From positions 5,208,001 through 5,272,000 of the forward strand of contig OX597816.1 in NCBI GenBank assembly GCA_951406725.2: DNA of 64,000 bases, read 5' to 3'. This stretch comes from Octopus vulgaris. Its lineage: Eukaryota. Shown piece by piece: positions 26,658 through 40,996 of the stretch (position 1 is the first letter of the stretch; every line of letters starts with the position of its first letter). The translations under genes and the position numbers were made by a program. The notes beneath the pieces are model-generated. The model saw only the letters and a list, made by a program, of their open reading frames with translations. It did not search any database and was not told the DNA's origin.

Positions 26658-26855
26658 GGTGTCAGCTTGTGACCAAGATAGATGATCGCTGACCATGGCC
26701 CACACAAAATGCCAACAAATATCTGTGCATGAGATCAACGTCCACACATTCAGCTTCACCTGGGTTCGTGTCTGCAGTTTCCATGCTTGCTGCAGTACCC
26801 TCCTGTTTACCTGAGTATCGGACACAGTTGCACACTCTAAAATTTTAGGTCCAAT

Positions 26856-27090
26856 ATTACTACTAGTACTACTACTACTACTACTACTACTACTGCTATC
26901 ATCATCATCGTCGTCGTCGTCGTCGTCATCATCATCATCATCATCATCATCGTCATCATCATCATCACCGTCATCATCATCATCATCATCATCATCGTCA
27001 TCATCATCGTCATCATCGTCATCATCATCATCACCGTCATCATCATCATCATCATCATCATCATCAGCTTCATCATCGTCATCATCACCG

Positions 27091-27131
<41 letters not shown>

Positions 27132-27174
27132 GTCATCATCATCATCCTTGTCATCATCATCATCACCGTCGTCG

Positions 27175-27227
<53 letters not shown>

Positions 27228-27326
27228 GGCATCATCATCATCATCATCATGGTCATCGGCATCGTCATCATCATCATCATCATCGTCATCGTCATCATCA
27301 TCATCGTCGTCATCATCATCATCGTC

Positions 27327-27360
<34 letters not shown>

Positions 27361-27394
27361 TTGTCATCATCGCCATCATCATCATCATCATCAT
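26856..27394. repeat. (CTA)n then about 500-bp (CAT)/(CGT)n microsatellite
   Basis: Directly visible; source of the poly-M/S/I ORFs. Confidence 0.98.
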
Positions 27395-28071
27395 CTTTAT
27401 TATCCCCTGCAGCCTGAATCCATACATTCTCCTAAAGAGCCGAGCTGTGTTAATAAAGAAGCTCGCTCTTGACTGAGTCATAACGGGAATAATGAAGACA
27501 TACAACAAACAAACAAACACATTCTCTCATCTTCTTATCTTCCACACAACCCAACATCCGATAAACAACAACACCCGATAAGTACTTCACAAATTGATAG
27601 TCTGGGGTTTATTTTCTCATAAATATTGTAAAAGATGATGTTTTAGCTTCTTTTTCCTTTTTTCTCTCCCCCTCCTCCCCCCTCTTATGTATGTATTAAA
27701 ATATCAAAAGGTTTTTGTTACAATTCTTCAGAATAATATTACACCAAAGACATAAAATCCGTTAAATTGTCTAAATGTTCAACAAACAAGAAAAACCAAT
27801 AATCTTTTATGTACTTGGTATTTTCTTTTCTCCTTCTTCTTCTTGTTCTTCCTTTCCTTCTTCTTTGTTCATAGAATAAGTCGATCCTTTCAGTAGTATT
27901 TAGGCATTATGTCAATTTTATTGATGAATTTCATTAAATTGGTCCACTAGGCTATTTGAGCCGCCCACCACCACCACCACCACCACCACTGCGCCCCGCC
28001 GAGAAGAGGGGAAGAAATCAACTCTACAAGATTTCAACTCAAAGGTTTAATATTCTTATTTCTTGACCACA

Positions 28072-28432
28072 ACACACATACATACACACACATACACACA
28101 CACACACACACATACATGCACACACACATGCACTCATGCACACGCACACATACACATGCATGCACACACACACATACATGCACACACGCATGCATGCACA
28201 TACACATACATACACACACACTTGCATGCACGCACACACTCACATATGCATGCACACACACACAGACATGCACGCACACACACACATACACTCATATACA
28301 TACATACATACACACATGCATACACACACATGCATGCATACACACTCACATGCATGCGCACGCGCACACACAGACATACACACATGCATACACACACATA
28401 CACACACACATGCACACACACACACATCCCAC
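28072..28432. repeat. Degenerate (CA)/(CATG) tract
   Basis: Directly visible. Confidence 0.95.
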
Positions 28433-29683
28433 ACTTCACCCCCCACAGCCCTACTAAGCACCATGAAATGAAATGAAGGGATAAGTAAGCAATTTCTCAT
28501 AAATAGTCATCGTTTAACTTTCATGCTGGCATGGGTTAGACAGTTTGAGAGTAGCTGGCAAGCCAGAGACTTGCACCAGGCTCCATTATCTGTTCTGACA
28601 CACTTTCTACAGCTGGATCCTCCTCCTCATCATCATCATCATTTAACGTCTGCTTTCCATGCTAGCATGGGTTGGACTGTTTGACTAAGGACTGGCGAAC
28701 CAGATGGCTGCACCAGGCTCCAATCTGATCTGGCAAGGTTTCTACAGCTTGATGCCCTTCCTAACACCAACCACTCTAAGAGTGTAGTGGGTGCTTTTTA
28801 TGTGCCACTGGCACAGGAGCCAGTCAGGCAGCACTGGCATTGGCCACGCTCGAATGGTGCTTTTTGCACGTCAGTGGCACAGGTGCCAGTCAGGCAGCAC
28901 AGGTGCCAGTCAGGCGGCACTAGCATACCAATATTATTATTATAAGGTAGCGAGCCAGCTGAATTGTTAGCACACAGGTTGAAAAGCTTAGCAGTATTTC
29001 ACCTGTCGCTATGTTCTGAGTTCAAATTGCGTCGAGGTCAACTTTACATGAGGGTTGGTAATAGGGAGAGCACCTAATTAAAGAAAATCTGGCCTCAATG
29101 AATTCTGTCTGACCCATGAGAGCATGGAAATGTGGATGTTAAATGATGATGAAGATGGCAACGATGATGATAATGATGACAACGATGATGACAGCGACAA
29201 CGATGATGATGACGATGACGATGATTTAGGGACAAACTATTTTTGCATGAATTTAATTTGCTAAGGATTCTTGAAGAAATGAAGATAACAGTTTTCTAAA
29301 ACTCTTCTGGCCAAGATTAAGTTCCAACCAATGTTATTCTCTTGAATTAGTCATGGTTTTTGTTTGTTTTTTTTTATATTTTCTCTGTTCATATGACAGG
29401 AGAAATATCATTCAGCAAGAGTGATTAAAAACAAAATACCATGATTGATAAAATTAATATCAGTCAAGTTTCAGGATTGATTCGAATGATTATAACTTTC
29501 CCCCCAGAATCCACCGTAATCACAAATTATTAATTATATTATCATCATTATCTCCAAATTTGATGTCTGAATATTTTACCAAAACTTTTCGTTTCTATTC
29601 CTATCGGCAACTTGCATTTTCATTTTTGTCGAATGAAGAAGTATTGTTTTTTCTTTTACCCTAAAGCTTTTTTGGGTATTTCT

Positions 29684-30200
29684 TGTGTGTGTGTGTGTGT
29701 GTGTGTTTGAGTGTTTGTGTGTGTGTTTGTATGTCTGTGTGTGCAGACGTGTGTGTGTGTGTGTATGTGCGAGTGTTTGTGCATGTGTGTGTGCGCATGC
29801 GTGCAGACGTGTGTTTGTGTGTGTTTGTAAGTGTTTGTGTGTGTGTGCTTGAGTGTTTGTGTGTGTGTGTATGTGCGAGTGTTTGTGCATGTGTGTGTGC
29901 GCATGCGTGCAGACGTGTGTTTGTGTGTGTTTGTAAGTGTTTGTGTGTGTGTGCTTGAGTGTTTGTGTGTGTGTGTGTGTGTGTGTGTGAGTGTTTGTGT
30001 GTGTGTGTAAGTGTTTGTGTGTGTGTGTGTTTGTGCCTACATCAGTGTGAGCATGCAGACATGTGTGTATGTGGATGTGGGGTTTGTGTGTGTGTGTTTG
30101 TGCCTACATCAGTGTGTGTGCATGTAGACATATGTGTGTGAGTGTGTGTGTGTCTGCTTACATCATCATGAGCATGCAGTCACATGCATGTGTGTGCACA
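29684..30200. repeat. Degenerate (TG)n tract with a 106-bp higher-order duplication
   Basis: TATGTGCGAGTGTTTGTGCATG... occurs at 29764 and 29870. Confidence 0.92.
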
Positions 30201-30596
30201 CCTAAATCAACTAAAACCAAAGATATTTTTTTAATTAGTTAGCATCGTTATTTAATTTAAAATCAATTATTGTGAAATATACAGTAACGAACTTGTTTCT
30301 GTTTTTAGTTTTTCTAATCGCCAAAAGAAATAACATTTAAAAAAAAAACCCCAAATATTTAATAAAATAATTTTTTTTCTGGGTAGTTCTAATTTATTTT
30401 TCCTAACTCTAGTTCCATGATATTAAACAAGAAACACATTTCTGTACCTTAAGGTCATGAAAATTAGTAAAACACAGTTTTTAATCTAAATTCTATTTTA
30501 ATTTATATTTCGTCTATGGCTGGCTGGCTGGCTGGCTGGCTGGTTAGTCGGTCAGTGAAGTTGTGACAATCCCAAAACATTGCATCAGTGAATATG

Positions 30597-30903
30597 TTTG
30601 TAGTTTGTTCCTTCTCGAGCCATGCCTGGCTCATAAGGGCCGGTTTCCTGGTTTCCTTGGCGTATAGGTTCCCCACCTGGACAGGACGCCGGTCCGTCGC
30701 AGGTGAGCTGCAAGATGCAGGAGGAAAGAGTGAGAGAAAGTTGTGGCGAAAGAGTCAGCAGAAGTTTAGCCATTACCTCCTGCCAGAGCCGCGTGGAGCT
30801 TAGGTGTTTCGCTCATAAACACACACATCGCACGGTCTGAGATTCGAACCCATGATCCCTCGACCGCGAGTCCGCTACTCTAACCACTAGGCCATGTGCC
30901 TCC
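30597..30903 (-). mobile_element. Full-length tRNA-derived SINE family E
   Basis: Minus-strand head GGCACATGGCCTAGTGGTTAGAG...GGGTTCGAATC; perfect 14-bp TSD CATCAGTGAATATG at 30583-30596 and 30904-30917. Confidence 0.92.
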
Positions 30904-32469
30904 CATCAGTGAATATGGAAACAACCATCCTAAAACACATGGCTATATCTTGGTTCTTTTATCTTTTACTTGTTTCTCTCATTGGACTGTGGCCATGCTG
31001 GAGTACTACCTTCAAGAAATTTACTCAAACGATTCAAACCCAGGGATTATTTAATTCATTTTTAAGCCTGCTACTGATTCTAATGGTCTTTATATTAAAC
31101 CAGTAAAAGCGTGTGATTTAGTGGTTAAGCCATTCAGCTCATGATCCTAAGGCTGTGAGTTCAATTCCAGGTAACGCATTGTGTTTTGGTTTCAGGTTCA
31201 GCAAGTTTTGGTTTCAGGTTCAGTCCCACAGTGTGGCACCTTGCACAAGTGTCTTCCATTCTAGCCCTGGGCTGATCAAAAGCTTTTGATTAGATTTGGA
31301 AAGTAGAAACTGAAAGAAGCCCAGCATGTGTGTGTGTATGTGTGTGTGTACTTATATCATCATCATTATCACATGATATCCATTGTCCAAGCTGGCATGG
31401 GCTGGACAGTTTGACCGAGGCTGGTAAGCTGGAAGGCTGCACCAGACACCAGTCTGATTTGGCATGGTTTTCTACAGCTGGACGCCCTTCCTAATGCCAA
31501 CCACTCTGAGAGTGTAATGGGTGCTTTTTACATGCCTTGACTGTGATTTTGCTTGGCTTGATGGGTCTTCTTCTCAAGCATGACATAATGCCAAAGGTCC
31601 TGGCTATTGCCTCAGTGAGGCCCAACACTCAAAAGGAACTCAGCCACTTTGACTCTGTGAGGCCCAACACCCAAAAGGGGCTCTTTACGTGCCACTGGCA
31701 TGGGTGCTAATCTTTCAGTGTACATGTATGTACATGCCTGTTTCCTCATCACCTGGCAGCCGCAGCCTGTGTTGGTCTGTTTGCATCCCCACAACTTGGC
31801 AGTTTGGCAATAGAGACCAACAGACTTTAAAAAATAAGTCTTGGTATTAAACCGTTCACGTAACCCCCCTCCTCTCAAAGCAGTGCTCCAGCATGGACAC
31901 AGTCCAATGGCTGAAACTAGTAAGAGAGGAAAACACTGAACTCATCATTCTCATTGATCATAAAACAAATAAGCTTCGGCAGCATGATAGGAAGAGATCA
32001 CTGATAATGTATTGATCTCATCTGATTGATTAATGATTTATTTCCCACCAGGTGCAGGACCAACGTCTTACGTGAGCATCAGATTACAAGAAATTGAATC
32101 AAATTTAGAATATTACCAGGAATTATTTTATTAATTCCAATAATATGAAAGTAGAACAAGGAGTAAAAGAACAACATTGACCTTATTTGAGAATCATATC
32201 AAAAATAAACCAAATATTTTGGTGCTTTCAATCTTGTAATCCGCTGCTTCTCTAAATATGATGCATGTCTCTATTGAATTAATCCCTTTGTCAGTTAACA
32301 AATATTGGTTTCAAATTTTGGCACAAGGCCAGCAATTTCAGGTACAGTGGCTAATTGATAATGTCAATACCAGTGCTCAAATGGTACTTAATTTAATGAC
32401 CCTAACATTTGATATCCCAGAACATTACGCAGATCTTAAGATGATGTAAAATTACATACATATTGTTTT

Positions 32470-32960
<491 letters not shown>

Positions 32961-34082
32961 AACCTATAATATATACAAGATTTACAGGAATGTAAGAGTT
33001 AGAACTTGTGATCCTCCTGCAGACCTCTATATTGTTTTGGGAAACTTTTGCCCACCACACTAAACAGTTACCCGACCGCTAGTCTAGGACAACACTATTA
33101 TAGAATGTTCTGGCAGTCTGCATTCAGCTTTGCTTTGTTGAAGATGGTTTTCTTGTTTTTTTTAATAGAAAATGGTGATTGAGAATAATGAATGTGACAA
33201 TGTCAGAGAATATTAAATGATGCTTGTCTCATTTGAAAAACATGAAATGGTTTCGGTGTCAATTCTTGACGATTACCATAATCACTCTCAGACTTTCTGT
33301 TAGCTATTTAACATTTTTTTTTCATCTTTTATTTATCTCAATCGTTGGACTGTGGCCATGCTGGAGCATGGTTTAGTCTTGGAGGGCTTAGTCAACCATA
33401 GGGATCCTAATGGATTTTTAAGCCTGGTATTTGTTCTATTGGAATTTATTGCTGAACTGCTAAGTTATGGGGATGTAAACAAACCAACACCAGCTGACAA
33501 ACAATGCAGGGATGACAAACACAAAGACACACATATACATATGTGTTAGTGTGTGTGTGTGTAAGTATGTATATATGTGAGTATATGTATGTATGTGTGC
33601 TTGTGTATGTATGTATGTATGTATGTTTGTATACATGATGGGCTTCTGCACAGTTTCAATCAGCGACTTTCAGTCATGTGACCTTGTCTGCTCCAGAGAT
33701 ATAATAGTGTTGTGAGGAAATTGGGTAGATGGAAACTGTGTGGAAGCCCATCATATGTGTGTGTGTGTGTGTGTCTGTTTGTCACCCTCCACTGTCTGAC
33801 AACTGGTGTTGGTGTGTTCATATTTCCGTCACTTAGCATTTCAGCAAATGAGATCAATATAATAAGTATCAAGCTCAAAAAACAAAAGAAAGCACTCGGT
33901 TCAATTCCTTTGGTTAAAAGAACTTCAAGGCAGTGCCCCAGCATGGCCACAGTTGAATGACTAAAACAAGTAAAAGATAAAAGATAATGTATGTTTTGTG
34001 GTGGAGGTGAGCCTAATAGGAAGTCCCCATGCTTATGGCTTTTTCAGAAATATTCTTTGTTTAAGTGAAAGGGATTAGCCTC

Positions 34083-34084
<2 letters not shown>

Positions 34085-34127
<43 letters not shown>

Positions 34128-34650
34128 CGTTTAACGTCCATTCTCCATGCTAGCATGGGTTGGACGGTTCGACTGGGGTCTGGGAAGCCAGGAGGCTGCA
34201 CCAGGCTACAATCTGATCTGGCAGTGTTTCTACGGCTGGATGCCCTTCCTAACGCCAACCACTCCGTGAGTGTAGTGGGTGCTTTTTACGTGCCACCGGC
34301 ACAGGGGCCAGACAGGGCTGGCAAATGGCCACAATCGGTTCGTGCTTTTACATGTCACCAACACGGATGCCAGTCAGGCGGCTCTGGCATCTGCCACGTT
34401 CGGACGGTGCTTTTAACGTGTCACCGGCACGGGTATCATAACTACAATTTCCATTTGATTTTCATTTTGATGTTCATGTTGACGCACTTGACTCAATAGG
34501 TCTCCTCAAGAACAGCAGGTCCCTCTACGATCCAAGATTAGCACAGCAGGCCGTCCTGCGAGCCATGAACTCACTTCATTTGTCGGGTCTTCACAGTCAC
34601 AGCATATCTCAGAGGTCTCGGTCTTCATCATTTCCTCTGTGAGGCCCAGC
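34085..34650 (-). mobile_element. RTE LINE 3' fragment: ORF C-terminus, 3' UTR and (GAT)n tail
   Basis: Minus strand reads LGLTEEM..DRDL..YAVTVKTRQMK* (with frameshifts), resembling the RTE C-terminal DRxxWR motif, and runs continuously into the family A sequence. Confidence 0.8.
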
Positions 34651-35071
34651 AAAAACTGTTTTACAGACCCTAATTATTAAGAGCTTACATTTTGCTCCAT
34701 ATTTATTCATATCAAACAACCAAGATTATTGGATGTTTATATCTTGACATCATGGAATATGGAATATATTATTATGTGTTAGTATGGAATATTGGATGAA
34801 AGCATAATGTACTTAGAGTCACGAAGCAGTGTGAGATGTAGTTGCACCTTAAGCTAAATTTCCACATTGTTTTATGAAATAAATGAAATATGTGTGGGAT
34901 GATATCATGTCACGTTTTATCAATGGTTCAGGAGATACGAAAGGAATTTGAAATGGAGCAGAAATATATTAACCTTTCCATTAGCATATTTCTTTTAAAA
35001 CACTTGGCTTTTGTTTCAATCAATTTGGAAAACGAATGAAGAAATTAGTAAAATAACTTTGTCATAATTAA

Positions 35072-35295
35072 CCCTTTTCATTATCGCATTTCTAATGAAA
35101 TGCACTACGTTTCTTTCGTTTAATTTTCGAAAATAATGAAGAATTAATTAAAATAATTCTGTCGTTATTAAGCTGGTGTTTGAAACATAAATTAACATGG
35201 GATTTTGATGTGAGGTTTTAACTGAGATCCCTGTTAAGCAAAAAGTTCATATCAAAGAAGCAGGGGCAGTCCCAGGCAGGTTGGTATCAAAAGGG
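35072..35295. mobile_element. piggyBac-type non-autonomous element
   Basis: TTAA|CCCTTTT ... AAAAGGG|TTAA (TSD at 35068-35071 and 35296-35299). A partial tandem copy lies at 34969-35067; related fragments at about 4745-4945 and 14416-14582. Confidence 0.75.
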
Positions 35296-35764
35296 TTAAT
35301 GAAACAGCTTCCTTACAAGCCCTTATTTGAAGGGAATGTGATGAAACTTTGGTTTCAAATTTTTGGCACAAGGCCAGCAATTTTTGGAAAGCAGGTAAGT
35401 TGATTACGTCGACAATAGTGCTCATTGATCCCAAAAGAACGAAAGGTCAAGTTGACCTCGGTGGCCTTTGACCTTAAAACATAAAAATGGATGAAATGCT
35501 GTTGCATCAATATTCTGCAGGGACACTGAAATACATGTTTTATTCTTTGTCTTTTTACTTGTTTCAAGTCATTTGACTGTGGCCATGCTGGAGCACCACC
35601 TTTAGTCAAGCGAATTGACCCCAGTACTTATTCTTTGTAAGCCTAGAACTTATTCTATCAGTCTCTTTTTGCCAAACCACTAAGTTACAGGGATGTAAAC
35701 ACACCAGCATCAGTTGTCAAGTAATGTTGGGGGGACAAACACACACACACAAACATATACACAA

Positions 35765-35812
<48 letters not shown>

Positions 35813-37215
35813 GTGTATGTATATATATATATATATATATGACAGGCTTCTTTCAGTTTCTGTCTACCAAATCCACTCACAAGGCTTTGGTTGGCTCAAG
35901 ACTATAGTAGAAGACACTTGCCTAAGGTGCCATGGCAGTGGGACTGAACCCGTAACAATGTGGTTGGTAAGCAAGGTACTTACCACACAGCCACTCCTGT
36001 GCCTACTCTTGTAACAGAAAAGGAATAATAAAGGAAAGGTGAAATGAGAAAAGCTTTCAACAAGGCAGAGATGAAAGTCGAAAATCCTTTATATATTTTA
36101 GGAATAAAGCCCCATCATCAGAAGGCTGCTGTCAAAGGAATGTGTGTTTAATTAGACCCTGTTTCTTGGATAGCTGGATGGGCAGTCGTGTAAAGGTTTT
36201 ACAGCTTTGATCTCTGCATTGTTGGAAGCTTTCCTCATTTCCCGTTTTCTCTTGTTATTCTCATTCTATAAGAAAAGTATTTTAGTGTCCATACAGAATA
36301 TTGATGCTGCCTTGATCATCATCATCATCATCATCATCACCATCATCGGTTAATGTCCGTTTTCCATGCTGGCATGGGTTGGACGGTTTGACTGAGGGCT
36401 GGAGAGCCAGCAGCTGCACCAGGCTCCAGTCTGGTCGGGCAGTGTTTCTACAGCTGGATGCTCTTTCTAATGCCAACCACACTGAGAGTGCAGTGGGTGC
36501 TTTTTATGTGCCACCAGCATGGGAGCCAGCCAAGGGGTACTGGCATTGGCAACATTCAGATGGTGCCTTTTACGTGCCACCGACATGGGAGCTAGTCAAG
36601 GGGTACTGGTATTGGCTACGTTCAGATGGTGCTTTTTATGTGCCACCAATGTGGGAGCCAGCCAGGGAGTACACTCAAAATTGCTAGCCTTAAAACCTGA
36701 AACAAACTGATGTCCCATTCAGGGGTTTTTATGGTGATGTTAATCACTTCTACCCCATGGAAACCTGGCCCTGCTTATAGAGTAGGTACCAGGTTTTCAA
36801 AAAAAAAAAAAGATCTGGAGTCAATTCATTTAACTAAACTAATTCAAGGTGGTGCCCCAGCATGGCCACAGTCTAATGACTGAATCAAGTAAAAGATGAA
36901 AGGGAAATGATAATGGCTCATACCAAGAGTAAGAATGGAAGTAATGTTTTTTTGTTTTTCCATTGTTGTGTAACAACTGAAGTGGAAATATAAACTAGAA
37001 AAGACAGCTGACCATTGAAGCATGACTATGAAAGAGACAGCTACCAGTAACCAACAACAACTGAAGAATCTTAACCAATCATAAAAGTTAACTAGTGAGT
37101 CTATTATAGTCGTAATTTATGACACTGGAGTGAGAGGTCCAGCTTTGGTCAGTGAAAATATGAGTTGAAGGGTGGGCTGGGAAAATTCGAGGAATAAAAG
37201 AAATCAATCGGATGC

Positions 37216-37251
<36 letters not shown>

Positions 37252-37851
37252 TCATCATCATCATCGTTTAACGTCCGTTTTCCGTGCTAGCTCGGGTTGG
37301 ACGGTTCGACCGGGGTCTGGGAAGCCAGGAGGCTGCACCAGGCCCCAGTCTGATCTGGCAGTGTTTCTACAGCTGGATGCACTTCCTAACACCAGCCACC
37401 CAGCAGAGTGGACTTAGAGCTCTATGCAAGTGTGTGTATATATATTATATCTACATACATATATCTGTGTGACCTCGTGTGTACCGTTGGCGATTTTTTT
37501 CCTCTGTCTTCCCTTCTCTGGATCTTTCCTTCTCCTATGTTTCCGAAACGTTAAACCCTCTGCTCGAAACGTTAAACCCTCCTTCTTTCCTTTTTTCCTG
37601 AGCATCCAATAATACTATATTTGTTCCACGTCCTCACGTTGTGTTTTTTTGTGCTTTCTTGTTTGGATTAACTTTATATATATATATATACACACACACA
37701 CATACGCATATATACATATGTAGATACATACATGCATATATTTCTATATCTATATATGGTATCTTATTTAACTTGTGCATGGATGGCAGATGTTGGATAA
37801 CAATAATGATGGCATTAATAATGATGGGAATGATGATGATGATATACATAC

Positions 37852-37889
<38 letters not shown>

Positions 37890-39115
37890 AGAGAGAGAGA
37901 GGAAGAAGCTTAGGAATGATGTAAAAGAAAGAGCTAGAGAGAGAGAGAGAGAGCAAAATAAAGAGAAGAAGGAAGGAAGAAGATGAGGTGGAAAGAAAAG
38001 AAGAGCGAGAAAGAAGATAGCTGGGTGGGGAAGGAGGGGGGTGGGGTGGATGTGGAAAATAGGGAAAGAAAGAGCATGGAGGGATAGAAAGTGCGTAGGT
38101 GCAGCGAACGGTTTTGATCATTAAAATACATCTTAAAGGGAAAAAAACGTAACAGGTTTTTTACTTACAAAAGATTAGAAATATATTTATAGCCATCACA
38201 TCTGTAGTATTTCACAGGAAAATGTTTCACTTGAAAGAACGCTTTATTTGGAGCTTTTTAACTATTTTTTTGAAAGATGTTTAATAAAATCTTCCTGACT
38301 GTCTTGTCTCTTTCTCACCCACCCCTTTCTCTGTCTCTCTCTCTCTCTCTCCTTCATTTTGTTTAATCTTTCTGTCTGTCCCCTCTCTCTTCCTCTCTCT
38401 CACATGACTTTTTTTCTGTTTAATCTTCTTCCTACCAATCTATTTACCAAATATTATCGATCAATGGAACCATTTAACCAGCCATATTTTCTTCCCGTCT
38501 CCTTATTTAGCTAACTCGTCATCTAGTCAATCACTCCATTCCCTGCTTCAATATTTTATCTATATTTTATTTATCCACTTAACTAAATAATTCAGATGAG
38601 GTCTACAAGGAAGCATTACGCACCCATCTGAGATGGTGTTGCAGCTGCTGCACACAAGGCATATCATTGACCAACTAAATAACACAATAAACTCATTTGC
38701 AAACACGCTGTGTCCTCTCTTTATCTTTTCCACTGCTACTAGAATGGCCACTGCTTCTCACACTTGGCTGGTATTGTGCTGGCTCCACCCAGGCACTTTC
38801 AACACACTTGTTTCTCCTCTTCCCTATCATTTTTTCTCACCCCTCCTTAATTCTTCTGTCCATCTGCTTCTACAACTCTCTCTCTTCTTTTTCCCCTCCT
38901 TAATTCTTTTGTTCCCCTTTTTCTCTCTCTTCTCTTCTGAGGTGACCGATAGGCCAGACTGCTAGCTCACTTTTGGGACTGACCGTGGTCAGTGCAACAT
39001 CAATATTCTTCCCTGTATTTGTGAAAGTTTTGTATCTCTGTCATAAGGCTTCATTTCCACACATGCCAGCTGAATTCAATTCGTTCCCAGTCGAAAGACG
39101 CCTGTTGTTATGTCC

Positions 39116-39176
<61 letters not shown>

Positions 39177-39488
39177 GTTATTGTATTTTGTATTTATATT
39201 TGTGTAACATCGTCTGTTTTTCTGTCCTTGTTTTCGTATACATTCGATGCTTTCTTCCAAGGAATCTAATGCTCTTAGCTTAGTTTTTCCTTGGGGCTGG
39301 CCAGATTGGAGCAATCTCAAGAATAATCAGCCGAAATTGCGAGGATGATCTGGTTCTTGACTGAGGATAAAAAGCTTCAAACAACCCGTCCGTGATTTTT
39401 TGTATCGTCTATCTGGATGTTTTGTTGTCCCTTTTTGTATTACCTAGTTGTCCGGATGTTTTGCGTTCTTGTCCCATTTTGTATTTTA

Positions 39489-39539
<51 letters not shown>

Positions 39540-40337
39540 GCATGTATTAATAAAGGCTATCAGTAGCTACCAGTTCCATCATTGGAAAATTAAGGAATGT
39601 CCCAGTTATTGATAACTATATATCTTCATGTGCTGCTTCCTACTGCTGCAAACTTGAGTTGCGGTTTCTTGCAAATATACTTTTTTTGCCTTGGAAACCT
39701 TATAAAATATTTACAGAAGCTATCCTTAGACACAAAGAACGGTAAGACAGAATCGATTGTTCACATAGGTAAGAAAGGAAGCATATTGAACAAAGAAAGA
39801 AAGAAAGAAAATATTCTGTAGAACTGGCAGAAAAATTAATGAGCCTCTGTGTTGGTACGAATCAGATTGGATTTAAACTATTTGTTTTTGTGTTTTGTAT
39901 TTTATTCATGTTGGGGAGATAATCAAGGTCTAAGAGTCACCGGTGTCAAAAGAATGGCAGAGAGAAAGAAGAAGATCAATACGAAGAATTGTAGAAGAAC
40001 TTCCTTACATGAAGTTCCCGACAGAATTGATTACTGATGGCTGGAACCTAACCACTTCCAACTCTACTTGACTCCAAACGATACAACATACAATACAACG
40101 CAAAATCTGAGAGGATGACATACTTTATCTTGTCCTGCATCCAATTATCGGCTTGTTGAACATATTTCACTAAAACAGTTAGGAGGCTTCTTTGAAAAAA
40201 AATGTACTACTATTTACGAAAGCAATGTGTGTGTGTGTGCACGCACCTGTGCATGTGTGTGTGTGTGTGAAGGCATATGGCCTAGTGGTTTACAACTGAT
40301 AGGTCACAGGTTCAATTTCTGGACTGGCCAGCACATT

Positions 40338-40996
40338 CATCAACATCATCATCATTTCACATCTGCTTTCCATGCTAGCATGGGTTGGACGATTTTGACT
40401 GAGGGCTGGCAAACTAGATGGCTGCACCAGGCTCCAACCTTGATCTGGCAGAGTTTCTACAGCTGGATGCCCTTCCTAACACCAACCACTCCGAGAGTGT
40501 AGTGGGTGCTTTTTACGTGCCATCTTCATGGGGGCCATTCAGGCGGTACTGGCAATGACCTCGCTCGAATCTTTTTACACATGCCACCGGCACAGGTGCC
40601 AGTAAGGCAACGTTAGTAATGATCACGCTTGAATGGTGCCCTTTTACGTGCCATGGCATGGGGGCCAGTCAGGCGGTACTGGCAATGACCTCGCTCGAAT
40701 CCTTTTACACATGCCACCGGCACAGGTGCCAGTAAGGCAACATTAATATTGATCATGCTTGAATGGTGCCCTTTTACGTGCCATGGCATGGGGGCCAGTC
40801 AGGCGGTACTGGCAATGACCTCGCTCGAATCCTTTTACACATGCCACTGGCACAGGTGCCAGTAAGGCAACATTAGTAATGATCACGCTTGAATGGTGCC
40901 CTTTTACGTGCCACGGCATGGGGGCCAGTCAGGCAGTACTGGCAATGACCTCGCTCGAATCTTTTTACACATGCCACCGGCACAGGTGCCAGTAAA
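40338..40996 (-). repeat. RTE 3' UTR carrying a 130-bp tandem array (about 3.7 copies, 40510-40996)
   Basis: GGCAATGACC recurs at 40551, 40681, 40811 and 40941; units are nearly identical. Confidence 0.93.

Noticed and set aside
30830-30903. tRNA-like sequences with A and B boxes (also the heads of SINE B, C and D)
   Set aside because: They continue into SINE bodies with tails and TSDs; no intact cloverleaf.
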